DNA from: the human T2T-CHM13v2.0 reference genome, Homo sapiens
Assembly: GCF_009914755.1 (NCBI RefSeq)
Contig: NC_060927.1
Reading direction: 5' to 3' (one strand)
DNA: 64,000 nucleotides
A model generated the notes under the pieces. That model ran no database searches. It was not told the origin of the DNA and saw only the letters and a list, made by a program, of their open reading frames with translations. Made by a program: the position numbers and the translations under genes. Shown piece by piece: positions 26,747 to 39,299 of the stretch. Each line of letters starts with the position of its first letter. Position 1 is the stretch's first letter.

Positions 26747-28648
26747 CTTTGTTTGAAAGCATTAGGAAATAGACACAGAGCTATGGTGTGTGGGTAGAAA
26801 GAGAATTTATGCCACTGCATGAGACATCTGAGGCCCCTGCAAGCAGTCATGCAAACGTGAGAGAGCTGCCGCAGGTAAGCTCCAGCTCAAAGACAGAGCG
26901 CCAGGAATGCAACAGCTTCTGTGGTCCCAGGAGGACCTTTGATAAGTCAGCTGGAGAGCACATGCATACATCTCAAGAAAGACAAAATTTTCCCCAGCAA
27001 GGACAATGTTCCTTGGCAGTGTGGACTCTTTATTCTCCAGCAGATAGATAAATAGATAGGTGATTCTTATTAGCAAGAAGAATAACCTGCACAGAGTTTC
27101 TCCAGGAAGACATTAAGATAATTCAGCAGCAAAAATCCACTGTCAGCTTCAGTCAATTATTCATGGAAAACTTGTATAAATCAAACAGAATCCTTCAAGA
27201 ACTTGTTCTGTGTTGTGTTGGCTGGTGCAAATGCTGGCATCATCCACTGTGTGGGGTTTGTTAAATCACAGTATTTCCCTAATCCTATTGATTCCAGCTT
27301 GTCCTCCTTGGGGGCCACAAGACCATCAGCTCGTCCTAAAGGCTGTGCTTGCCTCCCAGGGAAGTACGCTAGTAGAGGAAAGCAGAGACATCCTGAAGCA
27401 CAGACCTGCTGTTTCCTCTTTGCTCTGCCCAGGGGCAAGGGCTGAGGAGCTGCCCAGCCTTGACAAGTGAGAGCTGGGGATGTTGGGGCCTCAGCAGGAG
27501 TGGGCAAGTGGCACTTCCTGTCCATGAATGTGATACAAGGAGCTGAGGGACCGTGCCAGAGTCCTCAAAGAACTGCTGGCCCAGAACCAGTCTTGGAGCC
27601 CACAACCAGGGACCCACCCCAACAAAGCCAGGCAAGGTCAGGATCAAGATGCAAAGGCAGATGGGGCCAAGTAACGACCTGCTGGACAGGGGAGAGGGAG
27701 GCATCCTGATGACTTGAGAAGCTCTTCAGAAGCCCCAGGCGTGGGCAATACAAGAGAATTTGAGGGAGCTTCAGGAAGCAATATTAGTGCCATCTACTGT
27801 GCCCCCTTTAGCCCTCTACTCACCTCTGTCTAAGCATATGCCATGCCGTTTATATTAATGTTTTTACTTACCTGGAGGACTGGTATTTATGGATGTTCAG
27901 ATTGTACACTGTACAAGGTCACCACACCTAAAGAATGCCACTGGGCTCTCAGATACTCACTTATCTGAGAGAACACTGGAGAGTGTGTGGACTCCCAGCT
28001 AGGTGTGTCCTGGGGCAGTAGCAATGCGCTGCCACCAACAAACCCACCAGGCACAGCCAGCCCGGGCACAGTGTGCTCACTCAGGAGAGAAAGCCTCTAG
28101 GCTGTCACTGATTCATCTGTGTGTGCAGCTGTGCCTTCTCCCAATGTCACTTCTCTTGCCCATCATTGCTCCAGGAGATGCAATTCCACTCCCAGAACCC
28201 TGCCTCTGACTCTGATCCTGACTCAGTTGCCTGAGCCAAGGGCTGAGGAACAGGCAGGGATATTGGACTGTGCTCTTCAGCATCCAAATGTGCTGCCTGC
28301 CAGGACATGTGCTGCCTGCCAGGGCTCTGGAAAGCTCCCCCAGAGTGAGTCATGGTTTCTGGGCACCATTGTTCAGGTGGGACCATGTACTAACATTGAT
28401 TTATTTTTTACTAGTGAAAGAAGCGCTTTTTAAATTTTTCAGAAAGGTGCCTCATGTTCTGGCTTGACCCTGCTTATCTCCCCCTCCCCATTTCAACTCA
28501 CTCATTAAGCATTTGGATTAGGCACTTATTTATGCCTCCAGCAGCCAGCAGGTGATTTGTTCCAAGGCTAAGTGATGGGGAGGAGAAAGAAAAGAGGAAA
28601 GATGGGAAGAAAGGAGGGAGGGAAAGAGGAAAAGATCTGTAAGTATTT

Positions 28649-28690
28649 GGATGGATGGATGATGGATGGACGGATGGATGGATGGATGGG
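28649..28690. repeat. Imperfect (GGAT)n microsatellite
   Basis: ggatggatggatgatggatggacggatggatggatggatggg read directly. Confidence 0.9.
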
Positions 28691-29339
28691 TGTCTTACAC
28701 CCGTTAAACACAGAAATTCATCTTGTTCTCCTGTGGTCCTTCTGTTTTGACTATTTCAGTTACCCCCAATACTGTTTCCTTCTCTCCTGTCTCTCCCACA
28801 TGCTCTGGTTTATCCATGAGGCTATCCACATCTTCTAGACTGAATCATTTTTGGGGCTCACATGTTGCCTTTCCATAGCTGCAGACTGCATCCCTACCCC
28901 TCTCTCCCACCCTTGCTGAAGCAGCCCACCCCTGGGAGCCAGGCTCCTGGCCAGAAGCATCCAATGATGCTGCTGTTCACAGCAATTCACAGCATTCATG
29001 CCCAGGAAGTGAGGGTGTCTTCCTCTCCCCTCTCTCTGGGCAGGAAGGTACCCCAGGAGGATCTGGCTGCCACTGCCTCCTTCCTGGAAGATGGAACTCC
29101 CTCTTCTATCTAACACAGTTTCCCCAAGCCCTACCTGCAGATTCAGCTTTTATCCTTGGGGAGATTTTTTTCCTGCACCTTCTCAATGCTTAGTGCTGTG
29201 AAGTTTCTTATATGGCCTGTTTCAGGGAACATTAAGCATTCTCAAGGCTCCAAGATGTTGACTGCAAAATGAATTTTCTTGGGGGTTGGGGGGCAGGGCA
29301 GGGGCTCTCAATAGGGACTCAAAAGGGTGAAGGTGGTGA

Positions 29340-29770
29340 AGGTATTTTTTTGAGCACCTGATCTCTGCTGGGCATTGTACTGTGCCCTGGGGAGCAGCAG
29401 TGAATAAGAGAGACCCCCATTTTCATGGAACATCCAGTCTAGTAGGAGAAAAGAGATAGTAAGTGAATCAATGATGGTACATGCTCCATCACGTGGGATG
29501 GGGATGGACATGGCTCAGGGATGGTGAGTGGGAGGGGGACAGGTTGGCAGTGAGGCTCTTAAACCCAGGTGGTCTCTGCAGAAAAGACTTTAGACTTATG
29601 ACCTGAGCAATAAGCAGGAGCCACCGAGACACATGCAAGGGACAGGCAAGGGGAGAATGGGCAAGCCTGAAGAGTCGGGGGACAGACAGTGGCCAGGGTG
29701 GCTGGAGCGCATGAACGAGGAGGAGAGTGGGCAGAGCTGAGCTCAGGAAGGTGGACAGGAACCTTCCCAA
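29340..29770 (-). mobile_element. L2 LINE fragment
   Basis: 'tattttttgagcacct...tgctgggcattgtactg', 'ttcatggaacatccagtctagtaggaga', 'gccagggtggctggagc'. Confidence 0.55.
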
Positions 29771-29794
29771 ACACAGTTACTGATACTTATATTA

Positions 29795-30110
29795 ATGGCT
29801 ACCCCATAGTGAGAGTGTGTTGTATGCCCAACACTGTGTTAAGTTCTTCACCTAAGTTATGTCATTAATCATTACAACAGCAATCTCTGAGATGGAGATT
29901 ATTAGCCCACTTAACAGATACAAATGATAATGGCATGTACTGAGTATCTATTAGGGGCCATCCATCAGGATGTATGCTGTATATGCAGTGTCTCATTGAT
30001 TCCTCATAACAGCTCCATAGAAGTGCAAGTATTCTTATTTCTCCATTGTACAGGTGAGAAAACAGAGATTCGGAGCATTAAAATGACTCGTTCAAGGTCC
30101 CACCATTGCA
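29795..30110 (-). mobile_element. Two tandem MIR fragments
   Basis: 'cactgtgttaagttcttcac...cccacttaacagat', then 'ctgagtatcta...cctcataacagctc...ccattgtacaggtgagaaaacagag...caaggtc'. Confidence 0.6.
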
Positions 30111-31439
30111 AGTCAGATCAAACTGTGGATGAATGGATCCAACCCTTGTGTCTGTTTGCCCTTCAGGTCTGTCTTGATGTTGACTTTGGGGAATGAGGGG
30201 CACAATTTCTGCCAGAGAGAACTGCTGGGGACATGTAAGGATTTGTCCTTTTATCTGGGCTCTTCCCAGAGCCCTGGGAGGGAAGCTGAAGGGAGGCCCA
30301 GAGGAGCTGGTGGGGGTGGGTGCATAGCACCCCTCCCAGCAGGCTGTGGGAGCTGGCCTCCCCAAAAGTGGGCTTGGATCATGCTCCTTCTCCAGAGACT
30401 CAACCCATTCCACCACTGCCTTTAAAACTGTTGCCACATTTGAGAAATATTCCACCTCTAAAGCCTACCTCCTGCACAGCACCATTTTCATCCTTCTTTG
30501 TCACAGCCCAGACCAACCCCAATCGACTTTAAAGTGATTTGCCTCCCAGAATTCTCCCAGTACTCCCCAACAGCATTTGGGCTAGTGTTCGGGCCAATAG
30601 ACCATTTGGAATGTTTTTATAACATAAAAATCCAATCCTTTATAGCAAGCAATCAGCAGTCTTAAAATAATTGCCCATAACTAAAGACAAACCAAAGTAA
30701 CAGCAAATGAAATCTGATTAATGGGTAATAAAAACTGATGTTCTCTAAAAAATTCCTCAGAATAAATTTCACTAGAATAATCTCTCCATGAAGATATTTC
30801 TTTAGGGGCTTAAGATAAATAGACTTCTGTTTTTCAAGGTACCTCATGACTAAATTACATAGCACATGGGGGAGGTTCTGGTTATTTTCCTAAGTAAAGA
30901 ACTTTCTGTGTGCTTCTATTTTCCCTCAAGGCCATCACAGAAAGAGAATAAAATTTCGTTTTCCCCCTACAATTATGTATCTGCATTATTTTTGTAGTAG
31001 GCTTACTAAGAACAAGCTCCCCAAACACAATTCTGCAACTGAGGCACACAGGGTTGAAATCAAGAGACAAATCCTCTTTGCTTATTTCTGGGCTGTATTT
31101 CAAAAGGTCAGTGTTAATGACAATTGAGAAAACTCAACTTCTCCTCAGAGGCCAAGGTTTTTAAGATGCCTCAGGTGGCAATTTGGAACAGAGCCTAACC
31201 TGTTGCAGGAGTGAAATGGGGGACTCAGGAGACCCAATTCTCACCTCTGCCCTGGCCCCCACTGGTTTCATGCCTTTAGCTCATGAAATCATTAAACATA
31301 TAAGGTAGGACCTTAGAAATAGAGAAACTGAAAAGGAGACTTGCTGAGCTAATGAGAAGAGGAGGGGTGGAGGGTGATTAAAGGACTATTCCAAGGTGAG
31401 AAGAACGAATGGCGTTAGTCAGGTAGAGGGAACAAAATA

Positions 31440-32335
31440 AGCAAACTCCACGAGAGGAAAACATCCAGCTTCAGTGAGTGACCCCACACTAGAAGAGAGA
31501 CCAGAAGGAAGGAGACAGAGCTGGGCAGAGATGCAGGTGGTTTTGGAAGATGGAACAAAAATCCTTTTCTGGATGAGAATCCTCTTCTGAGCATCAGTGG
31601 GAGGCCATGTCAACCTCCAGTGGAAAAAGGAGAGGTGCTGGCATAGGAGGTTGAAGAGAGGGGAGAGAGTGTAAGAGTTTTTGAGAGGACTGGGGGACAC
31701 CACTGCCCAGGGCACATGTTCTTTCCAGGTAGAGTTGAGCACCTGACTCAGGTATCAGACCATGAGTTTCTGGTGACTCAAACAGCAACATTGTATAATT
31801 GTGCCCAGCAGTGTTTAGCAGGTAGCCCAGTAAGAGTAGAGATGGTGGAGGGCCAGGCTGCCCCCATGTGGAAGTATAGATAGCACTGAAGGGCAGATTA
31901 GGTAAAGGGAGTGAAGCTGTTGGCAAGAGAGAGACTGAGATGACAGACCCCAAGGTCAGGACTAGATTGAGAGGGAAGTAAGCAAATACAAAGACAATCG
32001 ACGGATTAAGGAATTAGAAATCTCAATGTAGACAAAGAGCAGATGCTGTGAGATGAACCCAGGGAGAGTGACAGAAAAATGCAAGGTGTGGTCAAAGTAT
32101 TACTGTCGTTTGAGATCCCAGAGTGGAGGAGACCCAAGTGATCACAAGGGTATGACCATGGGAATAGACAGCTGAAGTGGAGAGGAGTTGAAGGCTTCCT
32201 GAGTTAAGGAGATCAGGATTCTGAGGGGCCAGAGCATGGAACTGACCACCACAAAGATGCTGAAGTCCCTAATAATGGCAGCAGGACTCAGCATGGGGGA
32301 GAAAACTCTGCCCAATGCATTGGTGGAGTCTTGGG
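31440..32335 (-). mobile_element. L2 LINE ORF2 fossil (endonuclease C-terminal region)
   Basis: Minus strand gives degenerate 'IIRDFSIFV' (cf. ILGDFNIHV) and 'SHGHTL' (cf. GHTLDL of L2/CR1 APE endonucleases), plus pyrimidine-rich L2-like downstream sequence. Confidence 0.7.
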
Positions 32336-32999
32336 ACAATCTACTTTGAGGAACTGGGACCCACCCTTTCCCCACCCCCAGTTCAAAGAAGCATTTTTCT
32401 AACAGGACTTTCTCCCTTTGATCAACAAGCTATATCATAAATTATCTGAAGCCTGAGGAACTTAAATTAAAAACAAGAGGACACAATTAGATAAAGGTGG
32501 AAGCTAGACTTTGAAAGTAAGTGCTGTATTTGAAATGTTATATCCCAAATATCTCTTTAAACCCACCAGCCTCTCTTGCTCTGAATGTCCCTTAGTCTCT
32601 GATACAAGTAACCTCATCTCCTGCTCCTCCTATGGCTTCCTAGTGATCCCACACCCCCATCCGAAGACTCTATTTCCACACCTGAGTCCCCGCAGAGCTA
32701 CAGTGCAAAATAGGTCATGTCTTACCACACTGGTGGCTGCCAAACACTTCCCCAGTACCCTGTGACATCCTATAGAGAATGTACTCATATAACATATGAA
32801 TATGGAATTTCTTGGTTGAAAAGGGATGGGAACTCTAGAGAGCTCTGCCTATTTAGCCTCCCTCTCACTTGGCCATCTACATCCCCATGGGCCTGTATGT
32901 TTATTTCTCTGTTCACTTACATGAAACAAAAGACTTATAAGAAGAATGGCAATAAGGTTTGACACAAAACAGTAGAGCAGGCATCATTCTATTAAGGGT

Positions 33000-33145
33000 A
33001 CAGTATGGTACAGTCATTACAAATGGGGGTTCAAAATATAGGTGCTGGGTTTGAAATCCGGCTCCTTCACCTACTGTGTGATCCTGACAAGTTACTTATC
33101 CTTAGTTCCCCATTTTCTGCTGTAGTTAAGTGAGTATAATAAAAG
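33000..33145 (+). mobile_element. MIR SINE fragment
   Basis: 'cagtatggtacagt...ctgggtttgaaatccggctcc...ctgtgtgatcctgacaagttactta'. Confidence 0.7.
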
Positions 33146-33349
33146 TATTTAATAACTGTTAATAATTTACACCTATCAACCCTTGCTGGATACATGATTT
33201 CATTATGTGGATGTTATGAATGAGCTGTGCAACTGTTGGTGATGGATTAACACAAAAAAACAAGGAGCAAGTGACCAAAGTTAGCCCAGTCCCTGAGTCT
33301 CAAAATGTATATCTGGAAAACATGGGCTAAGGAGGCCTCGCTTGCCACT

Positions 33350-33800
33350 TGTCTTAGTTTATATTGCCCCAGAAGCAGACTTTGAGCCAAGTCTCTGAGG
33401 ACAAGCCACCTATAGGGAGGTGCAAGGAACAGGGGTAGGAAGGAGGGCAAGTGGTATGGGAGGGGAAGGCAACCATTATTCAGCCAGCTACAACAGTGGA
33501 AGATTAAAGCTTAATCCCCTGGGGGCGCTCTGGTAAATAGCACAAAATAGGGTTCAGAATTATTTTGGCCAGGGAGCTGAATATTCTTGACCAACACTCA
33601 TAAACCACTTGTCAGTGGTTAAGCGTGATTAATTCATAGGCACTTCCTGCTGGCTGTTTACAGGGACAAAGGGGTTTTCTGTACTCTGAAGGCAAACCAC
33701 AACAAAGATGAAAGTATCAGTTACCAGACATCAGGTTGGCACAGGTGGAAATGGTGAAAATACCTGAGGAGCTATGGGCAGAACACACACTGCAGCTACA
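33350..33800 (-). mobile_element. ERVL LTR (LTR33-like)
   Basis: Begins 'tgtcttagttt...ccccagaagcagactttgag' (reverse of the LTR33/16 3' end). Ends 'gaggagctatgggcagaacac...gctaca'. Confidence 0.65.
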
Positions 33801-34833
33801 CTAGTCATATTTGTATAGGTTTCCCCAATGGGATTACAATGATGAGGCAATTGTCATAAGGTGCAAATGTTGTTCTTAGCTATCAGTTCCCACCCTGCCC
33901 TTCCACTTCCCTTAAGACCTGTGTGATTTAATGCAGTCAATTTTCTCATGATAGCACTTGATCTGCCCCAGGTATGTGTACTGCTAAGAATGCTTGGCAT
34001 GAACATGCCAGGGGTTTCCATCAGTGAATGGGAAGGTTTATGCAAATAACACTGCACAGCACTGAGACATTGATGCTGAACCTTGACTTTTCCCTGTCTT
34101 TTGCTTTACAATGCAAGTTGCAGATGTCGGGAAAGGAGCTGAGCAGGAAGAGAAAGGGAGCCAGCACTGTGCTGGGGTCTTTACGCCTCACCGAATCCAC
34201 AACCAGTCCTGCAGCAGTAGAGAGTGAGTCTTCTTCCCCCTGCCTTCACCAGCCCTGGGAGACAGCCATCACATCCTTCTGTGCCAACCTGAAGGGTGGC
34301 AATGAATTCATTTCAGTGTTATTTTTACTTGAGTTGGCTTGCTTACAAATGACGTTGAACTGCTTTTCATGTTTATTGTTCTCCAGCCTTTTAACTTCTA
34401 CATCATCTCTTTCTTCGGCACGCACATACCACTCCTCGCCTGTTTATAACATTGTTCCCCGGGGAAAGTCAATTTCTTGTCCAAGATGCAGTTTTGAGGA
34501 ACAAGCTGTGTTCTCAGCCTGCTTGTGTTCACAACAGAACCAGGTGCAAGGGGTGGAAAAGAGGGGTCGAGACAGCAGTTTCTCCAGAGCCTTTGGGGTT
34601 CATGTCATCTTCCACCTGACTCTGAACTTGAAGAAGATAGAAGCCTGGATTATTCTCCATTTATAGTCACCCTCCATCCATTCTCTGCTCTGCATTGCAC
34701 CTAGAGGCTGACCTCCAGGGACCACATCACAGTTCCCTTGCTTTCCAGCTTCCAGTTGGGTCCGGCCAGTGATAGGCATCATAATGAGAGAAAACAAGGG
34801 GACAGAGTTGAGAAAATTTTTTATCCTACACTA

Positions 34834-35307
34834 GTGTTAGTTTCCTAGAGCTGCCATAGTAAATTACCACAGACTTGGATGGCTTAAAACAACAGAAATT
34901 TATTCTATCACCGTTCTGGAAGACAGAGGTTTGAAATCAAAGTGTCAGCAGGGTTGGTTCCTGCTGGTGACTCTGAGGGAGCACCTGCTCCATGCCTCTC
35001 TCCTGGCTTCTGGCAGCTGCTGCCATCCACAGTGTTCCTTGGCTTGTAGGTGCATCACTCCAACCTCTGCCTCCATCTCCACATGGTGTTCTCCTCTCTG
35101 GGTCTGAGTCTGTCTCTTCTCCTATTATAAGGACACCAATCATATTGGATTAAAGACCACCCTAATCTAGTATGGTCTCATCTTAATTATTATGTCCTGA
35201 TTTCATCACAAGGACTCTATTTCAAAAGAAAAAAAAAGCCACATTCACAGATACCAAAGGTTAGGACTTCAATATATCTTTGGAGCGACACAGTTCAACC
35301 CATAACA
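34834..35307 (-). mobile_element. ERVL-MaLR LTR (MLT1C-like), nested in an older ERVL-type LTR (about 34670-35530)
   Basis: 'tagtttcctagagctgccatagtaaattaccacagac', 'ccatgcctctctcctggcttctgg', 'tataaggacaccaatcatattggatta'; ends 'ttcaacccataaca'. Left flank contains 'aggctgacctcc...ttccagttgggtccggcca'. Confidence 0.85.
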
Positions 35308-35599
35308 CACCCCTGCCTGGCCACTGCTGTGGCTCTGGATGGCTCCTCTGAGCCACTACACCTATCCAGTGGCCTGTCTTTCACATCCAATATACTATTT
35401 CCTCTCCCAACCCTTTCAGGGCATGCTGCTAGTGTCCAGGAGCCTCACAATCTTTTGTCCTTGCCCTGCCCACACCACCTTTACTCACAATCCCTTCACT
35501 GAACCCTCCTGAGCAGCCCTCTAAGTGCTCAACTCTTTCCTGGCCAATAAACTGGCCCATGGCCAAATTGTGAAGTCAGAAAAATGCAAGAGTATTACA

Positions 35600-36295
35600 A
35601 AAAACATTTGTGGAGTTTGACCTGTGTCTTTGGTGTGTGACAGGCACAGAGATGGCTGCACCACCTAGGTGTAAAGGAATGCATGGGAAGCTGGCTGAAA
35701 CAACCTAGGAGCAAACTGCCTTCCACCCACAGCTGGACAGAGGTGCATCCTGTGTTTTAGCCCCAGGGCTGCATTATGGAAGCCAGATGGGTCATTTTGA
35801 AAAGACCAAAACTGCCTTCTCTCTCAGGACAAGGCAACCCCAGCAGGTAAGAACTTTCCTACCCCCTTCTTTCATTCTACTCAGGAGGAGCAAGAGGCAG
35901 TGTGGGGAAGAGGGTGGAGAAGGCTAGAAGAGCAATTCAGAGAAAAACAGAGGCTGACTGTCAATGCTCACTGCATCCTCAGTGCCCCCACCCAGCAAGG
36001 TTTCACATCCAGAAGTAGACTCACAGCTGGGGAAGTTGAAACTTGAAAACAATTCTGAATTTTTGTTACTGCTCAGAAGTGAACATTGAAACTATGAAGA
36101 TGAGACTGTTCTTGTGATTGAAAGTGAACAAAGAATGTTTTTACCTAAGATTGACAAGAAAAGTTATGGTACTGTGTAGCAATTTCATTTTGGATGCAGG
36201 GAAGAGTGGTGTCCACAGACCAGTCTGATGGGATAGTGGTGCAAAAGAATAAATACACATAAATACTTGTCTCCTGCTAGCACCTTGTCAGGTTC
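35600..36295 (+). mobile_element. Gypsy-like ancient LTR (MamGypLTR1-like)
   Basis: 3' part 'gagactgttcttgtgattgaaagtga...ttacctaagattgacaagaaaagttatgg...gcagggaagag...aataaa' resembles the remembered MamGypLTR1 consensus. Confidence 0.55.
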
Positions 36296-38249
36296 CACTC
36301 ATTCTATGTGCTTGATAAAAGGAGCTAGAGCTAGATATATGAATATAAATATAGATCCAATAAACATCAGAAACTAGTGTAAATAAAGTAGAAAGATGAA
36401 TCAAGAGACAGCATACATAAATATGGGGTTCACAGGGTCAGACAAGGGTGAAAGGCTGGACTGCAAATATGACTCTGAGATTCCTGGGAGCCAAAAGAAG
36501 ACAATCAATTATGAATTTGAATCTGTCCATGGAAAATCAAGCATAGCAGTTTCTTGGATGAAACAAAGCCTTTCTTGTATTCAAGCCTTCAAATTTTCAT
36601 GTGGCTCTTCAAACAGGGTCCACTGATTTAGTGTCAATATCCTCACCAACAAGCTATGATAAATACTGTAGAGGAGTTTCACTGATCAGCTCCCTACATC
36701 GTCTATCAAAAGAAGCTGAGAACAGGGCAGAAAATGCACACTTACAGAAAGTTAACACAATCTGATATAAGTAGGTCACTCCTCTTGGTCTGGCTTGATG
36801 GGTTTTTACTGTTTTCATCGGAGCAGCCATTAGAAGGGTGCACACCTGATGAATTTCACAAATCAGGAGATGGGGGCAGCATGGGCAGATGGAAGGGCCC
36901 TGTGGAAAGCAAAGAGGTCACTATTTTTCATCATCCACATTCCTCAGGAAAGAAAACTCATCCATCACTGGCAGCAAACACTGGCATAAAAAGTCTAACC
37001 TGCTCAGGTGATTGAGGCAACCTCAGGCTTTCCACGGTATCCAGAGGGCACCATATATATGAAATATATTTTCTTTTTGAGGAAGATTTAATTTTTTTCT
37101 AGGTTTTGATTCACAAAACACAATTAGGAGCTTATTTGTGTTAATTCCAACTACAACTGAACACTGAAGCTGAATGGTGTCAGAAAATGAAATGATCTTC
37201 CATCAAGATTAAATATGTGTGTCCTGAAAGACTGTTTTTCAAAAGTAGACTTATTCTAACAAGAAATTGATTTGGATGTACAAGTATACTATTATTCAAA
37301 TAACTTTCAAACATAACAGGGCTTAGAGAAAAATGCCATTTTCTACCTCAACAGAGCATGTAATGGTTTGTCACTGCACGTAAAGTTTAATTTGCACAAA
37401 AACTCAATATGTCTTCCTGAAGCCCTCCCTCTCTGAGACCCAGGCGGGGCTATCTGGACCTCCTTTCTCACTTCTGTCGGCCTGTGAAGTTTTAGGAATG
37501 AATGAATACGACACAGTCTATTACCAGCTGCACTGTTTCCAACTCCACTTAAACTACAAGGAAGATTAAAGACGGTATTTGGAAGGAAATTCCCAAACCA
37601 CATGGGCATCACCACAGTTAGGAACTAAGTCAGTGCTAGCCAGAGAGAGAGAGGAGCACCTGGGGCAGGTGGCCATGAGGACATCCAGACTGGGAGACCA
37701 ACATGTGCCAACGCCAGAGGCTGCAGAGCCGTGAGAGCAGGTGCATGTTAGGGAGAGGATCCTGGAAGCACCCCAGGGCCAGGAAATGGGGCTGGTGCCA
37801 GGGGCAGGGGTCAGATCTCAAAGGTCTCTCCTCACGTGTCCTGGAAAGAAGTTTGGGTTTTCTTTCTCCTGAAGGTGATGGAAGACACACCAGTGAAGGA
37901 TTTTGAGCAGGGCAGTGACACTGACCATCAGAAAGCCTGGAAGAGCATATCCCCAGACAGAAGCATGGATCTAAGATACCAGCAGCATCCCACACTCCGT
38001 TTGACTTTTGTTCACATACATTTCAGGTGTGTGACTTCCTCCATTCATGGATTGTCAGCTTCCAGAGGGCAGGAGCATGTGTTCTTCTGAGTTCCCAGAG
38101 GTCCCTGACCTCACAGCTCATGTGTCCTTGGTATAGAGTCCACCTGCTTCTTTGCACACATGGCCTTGGGTGACACAATAGCCTTGCTCTGGCATTAGAC
38201 TGGTCAGTTTCCTTCTCTGATTTCACTAACCAGGAACTTTCTCAAAGAT

Positions 38250-38430
38250 CCAGTGCCTTTGCTGTAATTAGGAAAAGGCCTCCCTCCCTCCGGTGCCCCT
38301 TCTCCAAATGCACATAGCCAGGGTGTGTGGCTGGGCAACAGAACACGGGCTGGTTCTCAGGCCCACTAAATCCTTCAGGCAGGCACTCTTGGACAGAGTG
38401 TAGCCTGCACAGTCATACCTGGCAGCCCTG
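38250..38430 (-). mobile_element. MER91A-like hAT-Tip100 MITE
   Basis: Reverse complement reads 'cagggctgcc...tgtgcaggct...ccagcccgtgttctgttgcccagccacacaccctgg...ccttttcctaatt...caaaggcac', matching the MER91A layout. Confidence 0.7.
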
Positions 38431-38985
38431 TCTCTCCAGGTCAGGGACAGGAAGCACACAAATATTTGAAAACGACTGTTCGAAATCCTTCAAGCCAATA
38501 CACATGGGGTGCTCTTGAAAAAAATCTGTGTGCTTTATTTGTGGTTTGGATATGTGCTTTTATACGTGCATTTTTTAAAAAAGCAGGAAGTATACAGAGC
38601 AAACTGTCATGAGAGGTTATCTTAGAGAAGCAAGACTGGAGGGAAGGAAGGTTGATTTTATTTGTGGCTGTTTTGTATAAGGAGCATGTATAACTTTTAT
38701 AATGCAATTTTTCAAGTTAAAAAAAATTCCCTCAAGGCTCAGTTCAGGCCCTGATCCTGCAGTCTTAAGACTCCAAGCCTGTTGTCTTTCCTATCTTATA
38801 ACACCTAATGGGCAGAGCAGAGAACCCCAAGTCAAGTCCATTGCCATGTGTTTTCTGATGCTTTCCCTTCATCTGTGCATAGACAGAAGGGTGAATGAGA
38901 TGTTCCAGCCCAGCTCAGAATCACAACCCCGTGCCTGAGGATTTTAGTGTTAAATGCCCCTAATTATAAAGAGAGTACCAAATGC

Positions 38986-39162
38986 TTATTTTTTTATATA
39001 TACTTTAAGTTTTAGGGAACATGTGCACAATGTGCAGGTTAGTTACATATGTATACATGTGCCATATTGGTGTGCTGCACCCATTAACTCGTCATTTAAC
39101 ATTAGGTATATCTCCTAATGCTATCCCTCCCCCCTCCCCCCACCCCATAACAGGCCCCGGTG
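38986..39162 (-). mobile_element. Young primate L1 (L1PA3/4-like) 3' stub, about 175 bp
   Basis: 'tatactttaagttttaggg.acatgtgcacaatgtgcaggttagttacatatgtatacatgtgcc...ctatccctcccccctccccccacccc' is the reverse-complement L1PA 3' UTR. Confidence 0.93.
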
Positions 39163-39299
39163 AAACAACCAAGTGGTCCTATAAGCCTGCCCCACTACTC
39201 CCCTCTCCTTATACACAGACTAGAAAGTCAAAGGAGGTCATTAATGAGAGAAAGAGTCCCTGGGGGAGATGGCTATGAAAGAAGTGAGGAGATGAGTGC

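Noticed and set aside
26401-26850. 149/99/79-aa ORFs with SFFL/PSFL or KEGR/KKER repeats
   Set aside because: Translations of the tetranucleotide microsatellite plus Alu.
34028-34666. 212-aa ORF as an annotated CDS
   Set aside because: No recognisable domain and non-coding-like composition, with no promoter or splice support. Kept only as a low-level finding.
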